Positions 37,218 to 46,914 of a stretch of DNA of 64,000 nt are shown here, piece after piece (positions within the stretch are counted from its first letter, which is position 1; the number at the start of each line of letters is the position of its first letter). This stretch comes from a virus. The notes beneath the pieces are model-generated. The model saw nothing but the letters and a program-made list of their open reading frames with translations. It was not told the origin of the DNA and made no database searches. The stretch lies in IMG/VR virus record IMGVR_UViG_3300048930_001424, positions 1 to 64,000 of that record. One strand, written 5' to 3'. Position numbers and translations under genes: made by a program.

Positions 37218-38288
37218 ATGGCAGACACACACTCCAAGTCCATTTGTGCAACTCTGGCAGACTACCGGCATGGCGAGATCGCTGCTCGAACGCCAGCCGA
37301 TGTCGATCGATGGATTAATCAGTTTGACAAGGGCGATCGAGACGTGGTCCTTCAGGAGACGGACCGGTTATTGCAAAAGCACTACGTCAGCGGAAAGGCC
37401 GCCAGGGCGTTCATCGACAGCATCTGGGCGACACAGAAGCTGATGGGAGCGTCGGCCGCATCAACAGTTGGCGGGTTCAAGTTCTTGGAGGTTGCCCGTA
37501 AGGGGGCAAGCCAAGGCGCCATGATCGAGTTGGCGAGATCTAGCCTCAAGCAGGCTCTCCGACTTGATCTCGATGCGTGCGGCAAGAGCCCTACGGCATA
37601 CGTCTATTTAGATGACTGCCTTTTTTCCGGCAACACCGTTGTGCACGATCTCAAGGATCACGTTGACGACCTGGCCAAGAACTCGACTGTCCACATGGTG
37701 TTCCTCGGCGGACACAACGGCGGGGTCAGGTACATCACGAAAGCTCTCGCACCCATCCTCGCCAAGCGTGGGATCAAGCACAACGTATGGACGATCCCCA
37801 CTCACACCTTTCAGAATCTACCCTGGGAGCCGGAGTCCTTCCAGCCGATGTGGCCCACCGAGGTGAAGGGTGACAAGCTGGTCGATGCCTACCTGGCTCG
37901 CGTGCAGAAAGCGTGTGAGGGCAAGTCCTTCACGCCCAGGCTGTTCCGGCCTCAGGCACGGACCAAAGAGGACGTGTTCTCTTCCCCTGCGGCGCGTCAA
38001 GCTGTTGAGACCGCGTTTCTGCGCAAGGGAGCATTCATTGTCGCGCAGTGCCAGAACCCGAAGGACAGCATGCGTCCGCTCGGCTACGAGTATCTGAGCT
38101 CACTCGGGTTTGGGGCGTTGATTGTGACCTACCGCAACATCGCGAACAACTGCCCCTTGGCGCTGTGGTGGGGCGATCCGAATGCCGCCAAGTCACATCC
38201 GCTCTCGAAGTGGTTCCCGTTGATCCCCCGTAGAAGCAATCAGGAGACTGCGAGCTCATCCTTCAGTGCTGACGATTACGACTTCTGA
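37218..38288 (+). CDS. phosphoribosyltransferase-like (PRTase-CE-type) protein
   Basis: PRPP-loop-like YVYLDDCLFSGNTV; C-terminal PLGY...NIANNCPLALWW...WFPLIPR. Confidence 0.65.
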   Translation: MADTHSKSICATLADYRHGEIAARTPADVDRWINQFDKGDRDVVLQETDRLLQKHYVSGKAARAFIDSIWATQKLMGASAASTVGGFKFLEVARKGASQGAMIELARSSLKQALRLDLDACGKSPTAYVYLDDCLFSGNTVVHDLKDHVDDLAKNSTVHMVFLGGHNGGVRYITKALAPILAKRGIKHNVWTIPTHTFQNLPWEPESFQPMWPTEVKGDKLVDAYLARVQKACEGKSFTPRLFRPQARTKEDVFSSPAARQAVETAFLRKGAFIVAQCQNPKDSMRPLGYEYLSSLGFGALIVTYRNIANNCPLALWWGDPNAAKSHPLSKWFPLIPRRSNQETASSSFSADDYDF

Positions 38289-38301
38289 ATCGAACACCCA
38301 C

Positions 38302-41300
38302 ATGGCCAGAACACCAGAAACCCGCACCTACGACCGCGCGACCTCTGTGGTCTTCCTGAAGACCAAAGAGCGATTCGGTGGGCTGTCGAACATGGCGGGA
38401 GGGTTTCCATTGCAAGTTTGTGGCCGTCGCATCTTGACATCTGAGGCGTTGTACCAAGCGTGCCGGTTCCCGCACATGCCGGACATTCAGGAACTCATCG
38501 TCGATCAGTCGAGCCCGATGACTGCGAAGATGAAGAGCAAGCCCTACCGGAGTCAGTCCCGGGCGGATTGGGATGCTGTCCGCGTCACCATCATGCGCTG
38601 GTGTTTGCGCGTGAAGCTGGCTCAGAACTTCAAGTCGTTTAGCCGACTCCTGCGAGAGACGGGTGATCGGCCGATTGTCGAGGAGTCCCGCAAGGACGAC
38701 TTCTGGGGCGCGAAGCCCTCCACGCCAGACCGGCTTGAAGGCAAGAACGTCCTCGGTCGCTTGCTTATGGAGCTTCGCCAACTCGTTCTGGCGACGGCGG
38801 ACGACACGCTTCAGTCCGTCGACCCACCGGCCTTGCGTGAGTTTCTGATTTTTGGTCAACCGATCGGGCGGATTGGCGCGGGCGCGGCGGCACCCGCGCC
38901 CATGTCTGTCGCGGCGCTGTTCGCCGACGCTCCCGAGACATTGGAAGAAGCAAAGCCCATCACGGCCTCATCCGCTGGTCTCATCTCGCCCCCTGTGCCT
39001 GCTGTCGTTCCCGTGAGCATCACAATGACCGACCACCCACGCCTCATCGAACACGCCTTCCCATTGAAACAGGCGTCATTGGACTCCGTTCATGAGAAGA
39101 ACGTGCGCCATGGCCACATTTCTACGATCCATCTCTGGCCAGCACGGCGACCCCTCGCTGCTTGCCGGGCGGCACTGATCGCCACTCTACTGCCGGACCC
39201 CGGCACGCCCGAAGGCCGTCTGGCGCTGTGTGAGAAGATTGGCGGACGAGTGGTCAAGCGGATCGAGAAGAAGAAAATGCCGAACGGCTCCACGGTCGAG
39301 CGAGAAAAGCTCGACACTGAAGGGGGCATCCTCCACTGGGGGCGAGAAGTTGAGAACGTGGAGGCGATGGAGTGGTTCCGCCAGGAGATTCGCAAGGCCC
39401 ACGGCGGCCGCGCTCCAAAGGTGCTTGACCCTTTTTCGGGTGGTGGCGCAATCCCGCTCGAAGCCATGCGACTGGGATGCGAAGCGACGGCCGTGGACAT
39501 CAACCCGGTCGCATGGTTCACGCTCAAGTGCACTCTTGAATACCCGCAAAACCTCGCTGGTCAGACGTGTAGGCTCCCCGCATTCATTCTGCGCAATGAG
39601 GCCTTCATGTTCGAGTTCTTCACGAAGGCAAAGGGGATGAGCAAGGGCCAGGCCGCCAAGGCGATGGAACGGCTGGGACGGAAGCTCAAAGACGGAGAGC
39701 AGACTAACTTGGATTTCGGAGCCGCCGCGGGCGAACTCGACGCAGACATGGCATGGCACGTGCGGGCGTGGGGGCGATGGGTCCTAGAACGCGCCCGGCA
39801 CGACCTATTCAAGTACTACCCGACTTACGCTGACTTCGAACCGCTTAAAGACAGCGGTAAGGTCTACGAGCGCCAGCCGATGCGCCTCGTTCCTGCGAAT
39901 GAGAGCGGCGTTGCCGATTGTGATTCGCTCAACAGGGAGTTCTCAAAGGACTACCTGGCAGTCGCGGGCAATCCGCGGTGGTTGTCCAAACCGACAGTGG
40001 CGTATCTCTGGGCCCGCACAGTCACCTGCAAGAACTGTCGGGCAACGGTCCCATTGCTAAAGACACGCTGGCTTTGCAAGAGCGACAGAAAGCGGGTCGT
40101 TCTGACGATGACGCCACGTGCAGACGGGACTGGCGTTGTGTTCGGTATCGACAGCCAGGTTGAGAGCAAGGGTGGCAACGCAGCGCAGAAGAGGGAGCAC
40201 GACAAAAAGGTCGGCGCGGGCACCATGAGCCGCGCCGGTGCCAAATGCCCCTGCTGTCCGAGCATCATGACGATGGAGGACATTCGCTTGGAGGGACAGG
40301 CCGGGCGACTCGGAAGTGTGATGACCGCAGTCGTCGCGGATGAACCTCAGGGCAAGACTGGAAAGTCGTATCGCTTGCCGACTCGAGAGGAGCTCGAAGC
40401 GGCATCACTTGAGGAAGAGGCGATCAAGTCTGCATTCGCGGCCGTGCCGTTTGGCGTGCCTGAAGAGCCGACGCCCAGCGCTGATGCACTGGGCATGCGC
40501 ATCCCGCTCTACGGATTCAACAAATGGAGAACGCTTTTCACTCCTCGGCAGTTGCTTGCCCTTGGTGTTTTCGTCACCGACACGCGCGACGCTCGCAACG
40601 AAATGACCACTCACGGATACTCAGAAGAGTGGGTCGAAGCGGTTGGGGCTTACCTAGCGTGTGGCATCGATCGCCTATTGGATTTCGCCAACTGCGGCAC
40701 GCAATGGAAGCTCGACGCGAGCACCATCAACCACTCGTTCGTCCGCTTCGCTTTACCGATTACCTGGGACTACGCAGAGGGGAATCTCCTCGGCGAAAGC
40801 GCGGGAAGTTATCTGATTTGCCAAGATCGGATCGCCACGGCCTTGGACACGTTTTGCGAGTGGAAGTTCAGGTCTCCGGCACCGAAGATCATCCGCCAGT
40901 CATCTGTGCAGCCCACGCGAGGCGAATTTGATCTCATCCTGACAGATCCACCGTACTACGACGCAATCCCCTATTCGGATCTCATGGATTTTTTCTATGT
41001 GTGGCTTCGTCGAATGGTCGCCGGAGTAAGCAAGGACATCGATCTGGCATTTCAGGGCGACCTGTCGCCAAAATGGAGCGATGACGAGAACGATGGCGAG
41101 CTCGTTGACGACTCCAGCCGCCACAAGGGCGATGCGGCGAAGAGCAAACAAGTCTACGAGGACGGCATGGCCCGCGTCTTCACTCAATGCGCGGCCGTCC
41201 TCAAACCACAAGGCCGCCTGGTAATCGTTTTCGCCAACAAACAGCCCGACGCCTGGGAAACGCTCGTCTCAGCGATCATTCGTGCGGGGTTCACAGTGGA

Positions 41301-42348
41301 CGGAACCTGGCCCATCCAGACGGAGCAGGCGAGCCGAATGCGAGCGATTTCCTCTGCCGCCCTCGCGTCTTCCGTTTGGCTTGTGTGCAAGAAGCGTTCT
41401 GCGACCGCCACTGCGGGATGGGACAACCGCGTCGTCGAAGAGATGCGGACAAACATCGGCAGGCGACTTCAAGAGTACTGGGATGCGGGGATCAAGGGGC
41501 CGGACTTCATCTGGGCAGCGACTGGCCCGGCTCTTGAAGCATTCAGCAAACATCCGGTCGTCAAGAAGGCCAACGGCCCCGGCACCATGAGTGTCACCGA
41601 GTTCCTCACGCACGTCCGTCGCCTCGTGGTGGACTACGTCGTCGGCCAGGTGCTTTCGGGCACGGATGGTGCCAGCGGAGTAGTTGGGAGTGGTGCGGCC
41701 GCCGACAGGTTGGATGAAGCCACGGCCTACTACTTACTTCACCGCAACGATTTTGGTCTCGGTGAAGCTGCCGTGGGCACCGTCATCCTCTACGCCGTCT
41801 CGTGCGGACTCTCCGACCGCGACTTGGTTGATACTTGGGAATTGGCCGTCATGGTCGGTGATGACACTGTCACAGCCGATGATGCAGAAGACGAAGCTCA
41901 AGACGGTGGTGACGGACCTTCCGAGGATGAGTCAGGTAGCAAGGGGAGCACCATCCGCCTAAAGCGATGGAGTGAACGCACAGGTCGGAGCAGCGCCTCC
42001 ATCGGCTACGAAGCCCCCGGCGGACGACCCGTGCCGCTCATCGATCGTGTCCACCGCGTGATGCAGTTGTACAAGGCTGGCGACATCGGTAAGGTTGACG
42101 AGTATCTTGACGAGCACGGTCTGCGCCGTCACGAACTGTTTAAGCGTGTAATCCAGTCACTGATCGAGGTGTCGCGCCGGGAGCGAGGGACGGCCGCGGG
42201 CGGTCGTGATGATCACGGCGACGAGACGACGCTACTCGAAGCTCTCAGCAACCACATCGGGGCCAAGGGTGCGAAGCGGCAGACAGGCCAGCGCGAACTA
42301 AGCGAGACCACCGACAATTGGACGCCGACCTCGGCGTCGGCGGAGTAA
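38302..42348 (+). CDS. NADAR domain fused to DUF1156 adenine-specific DNA methyltransferase
   Basis: NADAR: GGLSNM...SEALYQACRF...W...IVEES..DDFWG...GKNVLGRLLMELR; DUF1156 HLWPARRPLAACRA; LDPFSGGG; TDPPYYD. Confidence 0.85.
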   Translation: MARTPETRTYDRATSVVFLKTKERFGGLSNMAGGFPLQVCGRRILTSEALYQACRFPHMPDIQELIVDQSSPMTAKMKSKPYRSQSRADWDAVRVTIMRWCLRVKLAQNFKSFSRLLRETGDRPIVEESRKDDFWGAKPSTPDRLEGKNVLGRLLMELRQLVLATADDTLQSVDPPALREFLIFGQPIGRIGAGAAAPAPMSVAALFADAPETLEEAKPITASSAGLISPPVPAVVPVSITMTDHPRLIEHAFPLKQASLDSVHEKNVRHGHISTIHLWPARRPLAACRAALIATLLPDPGTPEGRLALCEKIGGRVVKRIEKKKMPNGSTVEREKLDTEGGILHWGREVENVEAMEWFRQEIRKAHGGRAPKVLDPFSGGGAIPLEAMRLGCEATAVDINPVAWFTLKCTLEYPQNLAGQTCRLPAFILRNEAFMFEFFTKAKGMSKGQAAKAMERLGRKLKDGEQTNLDFGAAAGELDADMAWHVRAWGRWVLERARHDLFKYYPTYADFEPLKDSGKVYERQPMRLVPANESGVADCDSLNREFSKDYLAVAGNPRWLSKPTVAYLWARTVTCKNCRATVPLLKTRWLCKSDRKRVVLTMTPRADGTGVVFGIDSQVESKGGNAAQKREHDKKVGAGTMSRAGAKCPCCPSIMTMEDIRLEGQAGRLGSVMTAVVADEPQGKTGKSYRLPTREELEAASLEEEAIKSAFAAVPFGVPEEPTPSADALGMRIPLYGFNKWRTLFTPRQLLALGVFVTDTRDARNEMTTHGYSEEWVEAVGAYLACGIDRLLDFANCGTQWKLDASTINHSFVRFALPITWDYAEGNLLGESAGSYLICQDRIATALDTFCEWKFRSPAPKIIRQSSVQPTRGEFDLILTDPPYYDAIPYSDLMDFFYVWLRRMVAGVSKDIDLAFQGDLSPKWSDDENDGELVDDSSRHKGDAAKSKQVYEDGMARVFTQCAAVLKPQGRLVIVFANKQPDAWETLVSAIIRAGFTVDGTWPIQTEQASRMRAISSAALASSVWLVCKKRSATATAGWDNRVVEEMRTNIGRRLQEYWDAGIKGPDFIWAATGPALEAFSKHPVVKKANGPGTMSVTEFLTHVRRLVVDYVVGQVLSGTDGASGVVGSGAAADRLDEATAYYLLHRNDFGLGEAAVGTVILYAVSCGLSDRDLVDTWELAVMVGDDTVTADDAEDEAQDGGDGPSEDESGSKGSTIRLKRWSERTGRSSASIGYEAPGGRPVPLIDRVHRVMQLYKAGDIGKVDEYLDEHGLRRHELFKRVIQSLIEVSRRERGTAAGGRDDHGDETTLLEALSNHIGAKGAKRQTGQRELSETTDNWTPTSASAE

Positions 42349-42354
42349 TCGAAC

Positions 42355-45300
42355 ATGGCAAAACTACCCTGGAAACCCTGGCACGAAGTGGTCAAGCTGC
42401 GGGACGATCTCAAGTCAGGCGAGCTGCCTCTGCACATGTTCGCTGCGGACCTCTACGAGGTCCTGATGCAGAACGGCAAACGGCCGATCTACGAAAAACC
42501 GGAGAACTTCTTCGCGCTGACTTTCCCGACGCACAACCTGCGCGCCCTGGTTCGTGACGTGGTGCTTCGCGTCGCAGGCAAAAATGACAAGGCTGTGCGC
42601 CAGTTGGAGCTCACATACGGCGGTGGCAAGACGCACACGCTCATCACACTCCGCCATCTCGTGCATGATCCGTCGGCACTGCCGGACGTGCCCGCCGTCG
42701 GCGAGTTCGAGCAAGCGATTGGGATGAAGCCACCGAAGGCCCGCGTCGCTGGCCTGTGCTTTGACAAGCTCGACGTTGAGACGGGAATGGATGTTCGGTC
42801 GCCGGACGGCAAGGTCCGGCGGCTGAAGCAGCCCTGGAGCGTGCTCGCGTACCAGATCGCGGGCGATGACGGGCTCAAGCTCCTGCACGCCGACAAGAAG
42901 GCCGAGGAACGCGAGTCAGCCCCCGCCGAGAACGTCCTCACCGAGTTGCTGGAGATCCCGGTCAAGCAGGGCTTCGGCGTGCTCATCCTCATCGATGAGG
43001 TGCTGATGTATGTGCGCGAGAAGGTCGCCCTCGCGCCCGACTACCGGGCGCGTATGGTGAACTTCTTCCAGTACCTGACGCAGGCGGCTACAAAGGTGGA
43101 CCGCTGCTGCATCGTGGCCTCGCTTCTGGCCAGCGACCCCAAGAAGAATGACGCCTTCGGCAACGAACTCAAGGCCGAGCTCTACGACATCTTCCAACGC
43201 CAACGAGAAGAGGCCGTCGAGCCGGTCGTAAAGGAGGACGTGGCCGAGGTGCTTCGGCGGCGGTTCTTCACGACCGAGTCCATCAAGACCCCCGGCGACT
43301 TCAAGCAGCATGTGATCGCCGCAATCAAGGGCATCGCCGACCTAGACGAGCAGACCGCCAAGCAGGGACTCGCGACGGAGGACCGCTACCTCAAGAGCTT
43401 CCCCTTCCACCCCGAACTGACGGAAGTCTTCTACAGCAAGTGGACCCAACTGGATGGCTTCCAGCGCACCCGTGGCGTGCTGCGGACGTTCGCGCTCGCG
43501 CTCCGCGAAGCGGAGAAGTGGGATACCAGCCCCCTCGTTGGTCCTGCGGCGTTCCTGACCGCGCCGGGCAAGAGCGGTCTTTCAGAGGCGGTGGGCGAAC
43601 TCGTCACGGTGGCCGACACCGGCGGAGGCGACGGCGGCCGCCGCCAGGCGTGGACTGGCATCCTCGTGGGCGAGTTGGCGCAGGCCCAGAACATCCAGTT
43701 GGAGTCGGTCGGCCTGAGGTTCCGTGAGATCGAGGAGGCCGTGATCGCCACGTTCCTTCACTCTCAGCCCATCGGTCAGACAGCCAAGACGCGGGAACTC
43801 ATGCTCCTGCTGGGGCCGACCCGCCCGTTCCGAATCGATTTGGAGAAGGGCCTCACCCGCTGGGCACAAACGAGTCATTGGCTCGACGACCGCCTCGCAC
43901 CCGGAGGGAACGACCTGCCCGCCCAGTGGCGGCTGGGCAACCGCCCGAACCTCAACCAGATGCACTCCAAGGCTGCGGGCGAGATCTCCGATGATGTAGC
44001 TCGCGCCCGCCTGATCGATGAGATCGGCAAGACTAAGGCCCTGACCTCCGGCGCCTCAGCCGCTGGTGTGCGCGTTCACACGCTCCCTGCCAAGCCAAAG
44101 GAAATCGACGATGACGGCGTGTTCCGGTACGCAGTGCTGGGACCGAGCGCGGCCTCGGAATCGGGCAAGCCGAGCGCCGAGGCCAAACGGTTCCTTGACG
44201 AGACCACAGGCGCGGAAAAGCCCCGCGTGTTTCGCAACTCCGTGCTGCTGCTGACCCCGTCAAAGGACGGGCTCGAAGTGGCGATGGCCCGCGTGCGCGA
44301 GCTCATGGCGTGGGACGTGGTCCAGAAGGACCTCAAGGAGCAGGAGAAAGAGGGGAACGTCGATGCGTCGCGGTTGGCGACGTTGGCCATGAACATCGAC
44401 AAAGCCAAGGGCCGCATTCCCGAAGCGGTGAAGCAGGCGTACTGCATCGTCGTGACCGTGAACGACAAGGACGATGTCCACGCCTTCAAGATCACGGTCA
44501 CCGACGATCCAATCTTTCAGACAATCAAAGAGGATCAGCGGTCACGCATTCAGGACACGGCGATCACCGCAGAGGCCCTCCTCCCCGATGGTCCGTATAG
44601 CCTCTGGAAAGAGGGCGAAACCAGTCGTCGCGTGAAGGACCTCGCCGGGGCGTTTGCGCAGATGCCGCACCTTCCGAAGATGCTCAAGTCGCAGGCGATC
44701 GTGGACACGTTGGTGGAAGGCTGCGCACAGGGTGCGTTCGTTTTGCGCCTGATGCGCCCCGACCGGACGTTCCGTACCTGGTGGAGGAGTCGCCCCGACG
44801 AGGCGGCGCTTAACGATCCCGCGCTCGAACTCGTGTTGCCGAAGGCAGCTGAACTCACAGACGTGGATTCTGATCTGCTGCGGCAAGGCGCGCTGCCGAG
44901 CCTCTGGGCTGGCACTCAGATCACGGTTGCGGATGTGAAGTCGTATTTCAACGGCTCCAAGGTCGTTCAGGTTCAACGGGATGGGTACGAGGAACCCGTG
45001 CTGATTCCCAAGGCATCGAGCGAGGCGATCGAGCGGGGGGTGACGGAGGCAGTTGAGGCAGGGGCCATCTGGCTCACGTCTGGCCCGGCGAGCCTTTTGG
45101 GCGAACCGATCCCAGCAGGAATCCTCACCGACGCTGCGACGCTGCTCCCACCACCCGCGGCGATCACCGCTCCCGAAATCCTGCCCGAAAATCTGCCGTC
45201 GGCGTGGCAGGGCGGCGAAGCAACCGCCCTGGCGCTGGCCACCGCGCTGTCGCAGAACGTGGGGAGGACGCTGCCGTGGAAAACCGTTCGAGACGTGATC

Positions 45301-45669
45301 GGCGGCGCGATCGCAGCGAGGTTTGTGTCCGTTGGTTCCGGGACATGGCCATGTGACTTGGCCGGTGCGGGAGTCGTGCGGCTCAAGGTTGTCGCCGCTT
45401 CTGGCGGCGGAGGCGGAGGCGGGGGTGGCCCCGGCGAAGGCCGCAAGCAGAACGTTGCCATCGCCGCTGCGGACTTCGAGCCGTCTGAGATTCAGGACCT
45501 GAGCGACCACATGGCGCGGCTGCTTGAGATTCGTGCAAAGGCCAACGTGCCGATTCGCTTCCATGTCCGCGTGGAGCTTGGCGATGGGGCCAAGCCCCTG
45601 GACAAGAAACTCCTCGCGGAGTTCAACCAGGAACTGGCATCCCTCAAGGACGGGTTCTCTGTTCAATAA
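42355..45669 (+). CDS. DUF499 AAA+ ATPase
   Basis: KPWHEVVKLRDD, FAADL, YGGGKTH, LILIDE, FPFHPEL, FQRTRGVLR. Confidence 0.85.
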   Translation: MAKLPWKPWHEVVKLRDDLKSGELPLHMFAADLYEVLMQNGKRPIYEKPENFFALTFPTHNLRALVRDVVLRVAGKNDKAVRQLELTYGGGKTHTLITLRHLVHDPSALPDVPAVGEFEQAIGMKPPKARVAGLCFDKLDVETGMDVRSPDGKVRRLKQPWSVLAYQIAGDDGLKLLHADKKAEERESAPAENVLTELLEIPVKQGFGVLILIDEVLMYVREKVALAPDYRARMVNFFQYLTQAATKVDRCCIVASLLASDPKKNDAFGNELKAELYDIFQRQREEAVEPVVKEDVAEVLRRRFFTTESIKTPGDFKQHVIAAIKGIADLDEQTAKQGLATEDRYLKSFPFHPELTEVFYSKWTQLDGFQRTRGVLRTFALALREAEKWDTSPLVGPAAFLTAPGKSGLSEAVGELVTVADTGGGDGGRRQAWTGILVGELAQAQNIQLESVGLRFREIEEAVIATFLHSQPIGQTAKTRELMLLLGPTRPFRIDLEKGLTRWAQTSHWLDDRLAPGGNDLPAQWRLGNRPNLNQMHSKAAGEISDDVARARLIDEIGKTKALTSGASAAGVRVHTLPAKPKEIDDDGVFRYAVLGPSAASESGKPSAEAKRFLDETTGAEKPRVFRNSVLLLTPSKDGLEVAMARVRELMAWDVVQKDLKEQEKEGNVDASRLATLAMNIDKAKGRIPEAVKQAYCIVVTVNDKDDVHAFKITVTDDPIFQTIKEDQRSRIQDTAITAEALLPDGPYSLWKEGETSRRVKDLAGAFAQMPHLPKMLKSQAIVDTLVEGCAQGAFVLRLMRPDRTFRTWWRSRPDEAALNDPALELVLPKAAELTDVDSDLLRQGALPSLWAGTQITVADVKSYFNGSKVVQVQRDGYEEPVLIPKASSEAIERGVTEAVEAGAIWLTSGPASLLGEPIPAGILTDAATLLPPPAAITAPEILPENLPSAWQGGEATALALATALSQNVGRTLPWKTVRDVIGGAIAARFVSVGSGTWPCDLAGAGVVRLKVVAASGGGGGGGGGPGEGRKQNVAIAAADFEPSEIQDLSDHMARLLEIRAKANVPIRFHVRVELGDGAKPLDKKLLAEFNQELASLKDGFSVQ

Positions 45670-45701
45670 ATCCAGATGACGGGCATCGCTAAAGGAGCCC
45701 C

Positions 45702-46496
45702 ATGCCAGCTAATGCACGAGATACATTCCGGATCGACATCGCCCGCGCTCAGGCTTTGGTAGATCATGCGGCGTCGCTCCCGAGTGGCTCAGACCCGGAA
45801 CATCTGTTGCGGGACGATGTGCTGCGTTCCGGCTGGATGTTCGCGGTTGGGGCGATGGATGCCTATTTCTGCGATGCCTATGCAGACGTGATTGCCGCGA
45901 CACTGATTTGCAAAGCGAGAGAACCGGGGGTCGTATTACCTGCCTTCGTGCTGAAGATCCAAGTGCCAGTGGCGACGATCCTCGAGGCCTACACGGCTCG
46001 CCCGAACTGGAAGTGGCGCATGGCTGCCCGGGCCATGCTCGAGGAGGAAAACGCCTTGCAGATCGAGACGATTCGGAAGTGGTTCAACCCCTTCTTTGAC
46101 AAGCCCGCAAAAGTGTTCTTTGAAGTCGTTCCAGCATGGCTCGCAGTTGCCCCAGCACCTGACAGGCTCTTTGGCACGACCAATGCTGTCTTTTCCGCAT
46201 TGGTCGGGAAGGCTCGTTCAGATGCCCACACGGAGGCCCGAGACGCGTTTCATGGTCGGTTGACTGAGATGGTCCAGCGGCGGCACGACTGCATCCATGC
46301 CTGCGACCGTCCCGGCAACTCGCCGCAGCCAATTGCGGGGCCGGGCACCGTTGGAAACGTCATTCGCGACATTACCTTTGTGGTCGAGCAGTTCAACACC
46401 CATCTCGATACCGAGTTCCGGCGCTGGCTCGCCTGCGGCGGTGTGCCGGGGTCCACGGGCTTTTCAAACGCCGCGATTCAGCAGGTGGGGTATTGA
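45702..46496 (+). CDS. HEPN-domain protein (putative RNase)
   Basis: LRSGWMFAVGAMDAYF helix and RHDCIH (Rx4H) motif; AAGGAG RBS. Confidence 0.65.
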   Translation: MPANARDTFRIDIARAQALVDHAASLPSGSDPEHLLRDDVLRSGWMFAVGAMDAYFCDAYADVIAATLICKAREPGVVLPAFVLKIQVPVATILEAYTARPNWKWRMAARAMLEEENALQIETIRKWFNPFFDKPAKVFFEVVPAWLAVAPAPDRLFGTTNAVFSALVGKARSDAHTEARDAFHGRLTEMVQRRHDCIHACDRPGNSPQPIAGPGTVGNVIRDITFVVEQFNTHLDTEFRRWLACGGVPGSTGFSNAAIQQVGY

Positions 46497-46914
46497 CAGC
46501 GAGGGCTTGCGATTTGATCGGGCGACGTGAGGTACGGGCAGTGCTGTTAACCAGAGAATCGCCCCTCAGAACGCCCCTGGTGGCCCGGATTCGACGGTTT
46601 GAACCCGTTACGATCGGGGAGCTTCAAGGGCCGCGGCCAAGTGCCGCGGCCCTGTTCGTTTACGGCTCGGGTAGCCCCTGGCCCCTCTGGCACCGCGCCA
46701 GTTCCACGCGGGAATCCGCGAAGTTTGGCGGCCCACGGCAAGCCGAACCGCGTTCTCCGGTTTGCCACCTTTGCCTAGACGGCATCGTTGAACGCGGCTT
46801 CAGGTCGCGCGTGGCGCGCCAAACTCTCGACTCTCGGTAGAGAGCGGTCGAGCGGGTTTACAGGTTGGTTGCCGATAGCCCCGAACGCCCGAGCCGGTTC
46901 GCAACGCGGCCGCG

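Noticed and set aside
46497-46914. Intergenic region between convergent genes as a possible ncRNA or small ORF
   Set aside because: No recognisable RNA family, convincing stem pattern or credible ORF
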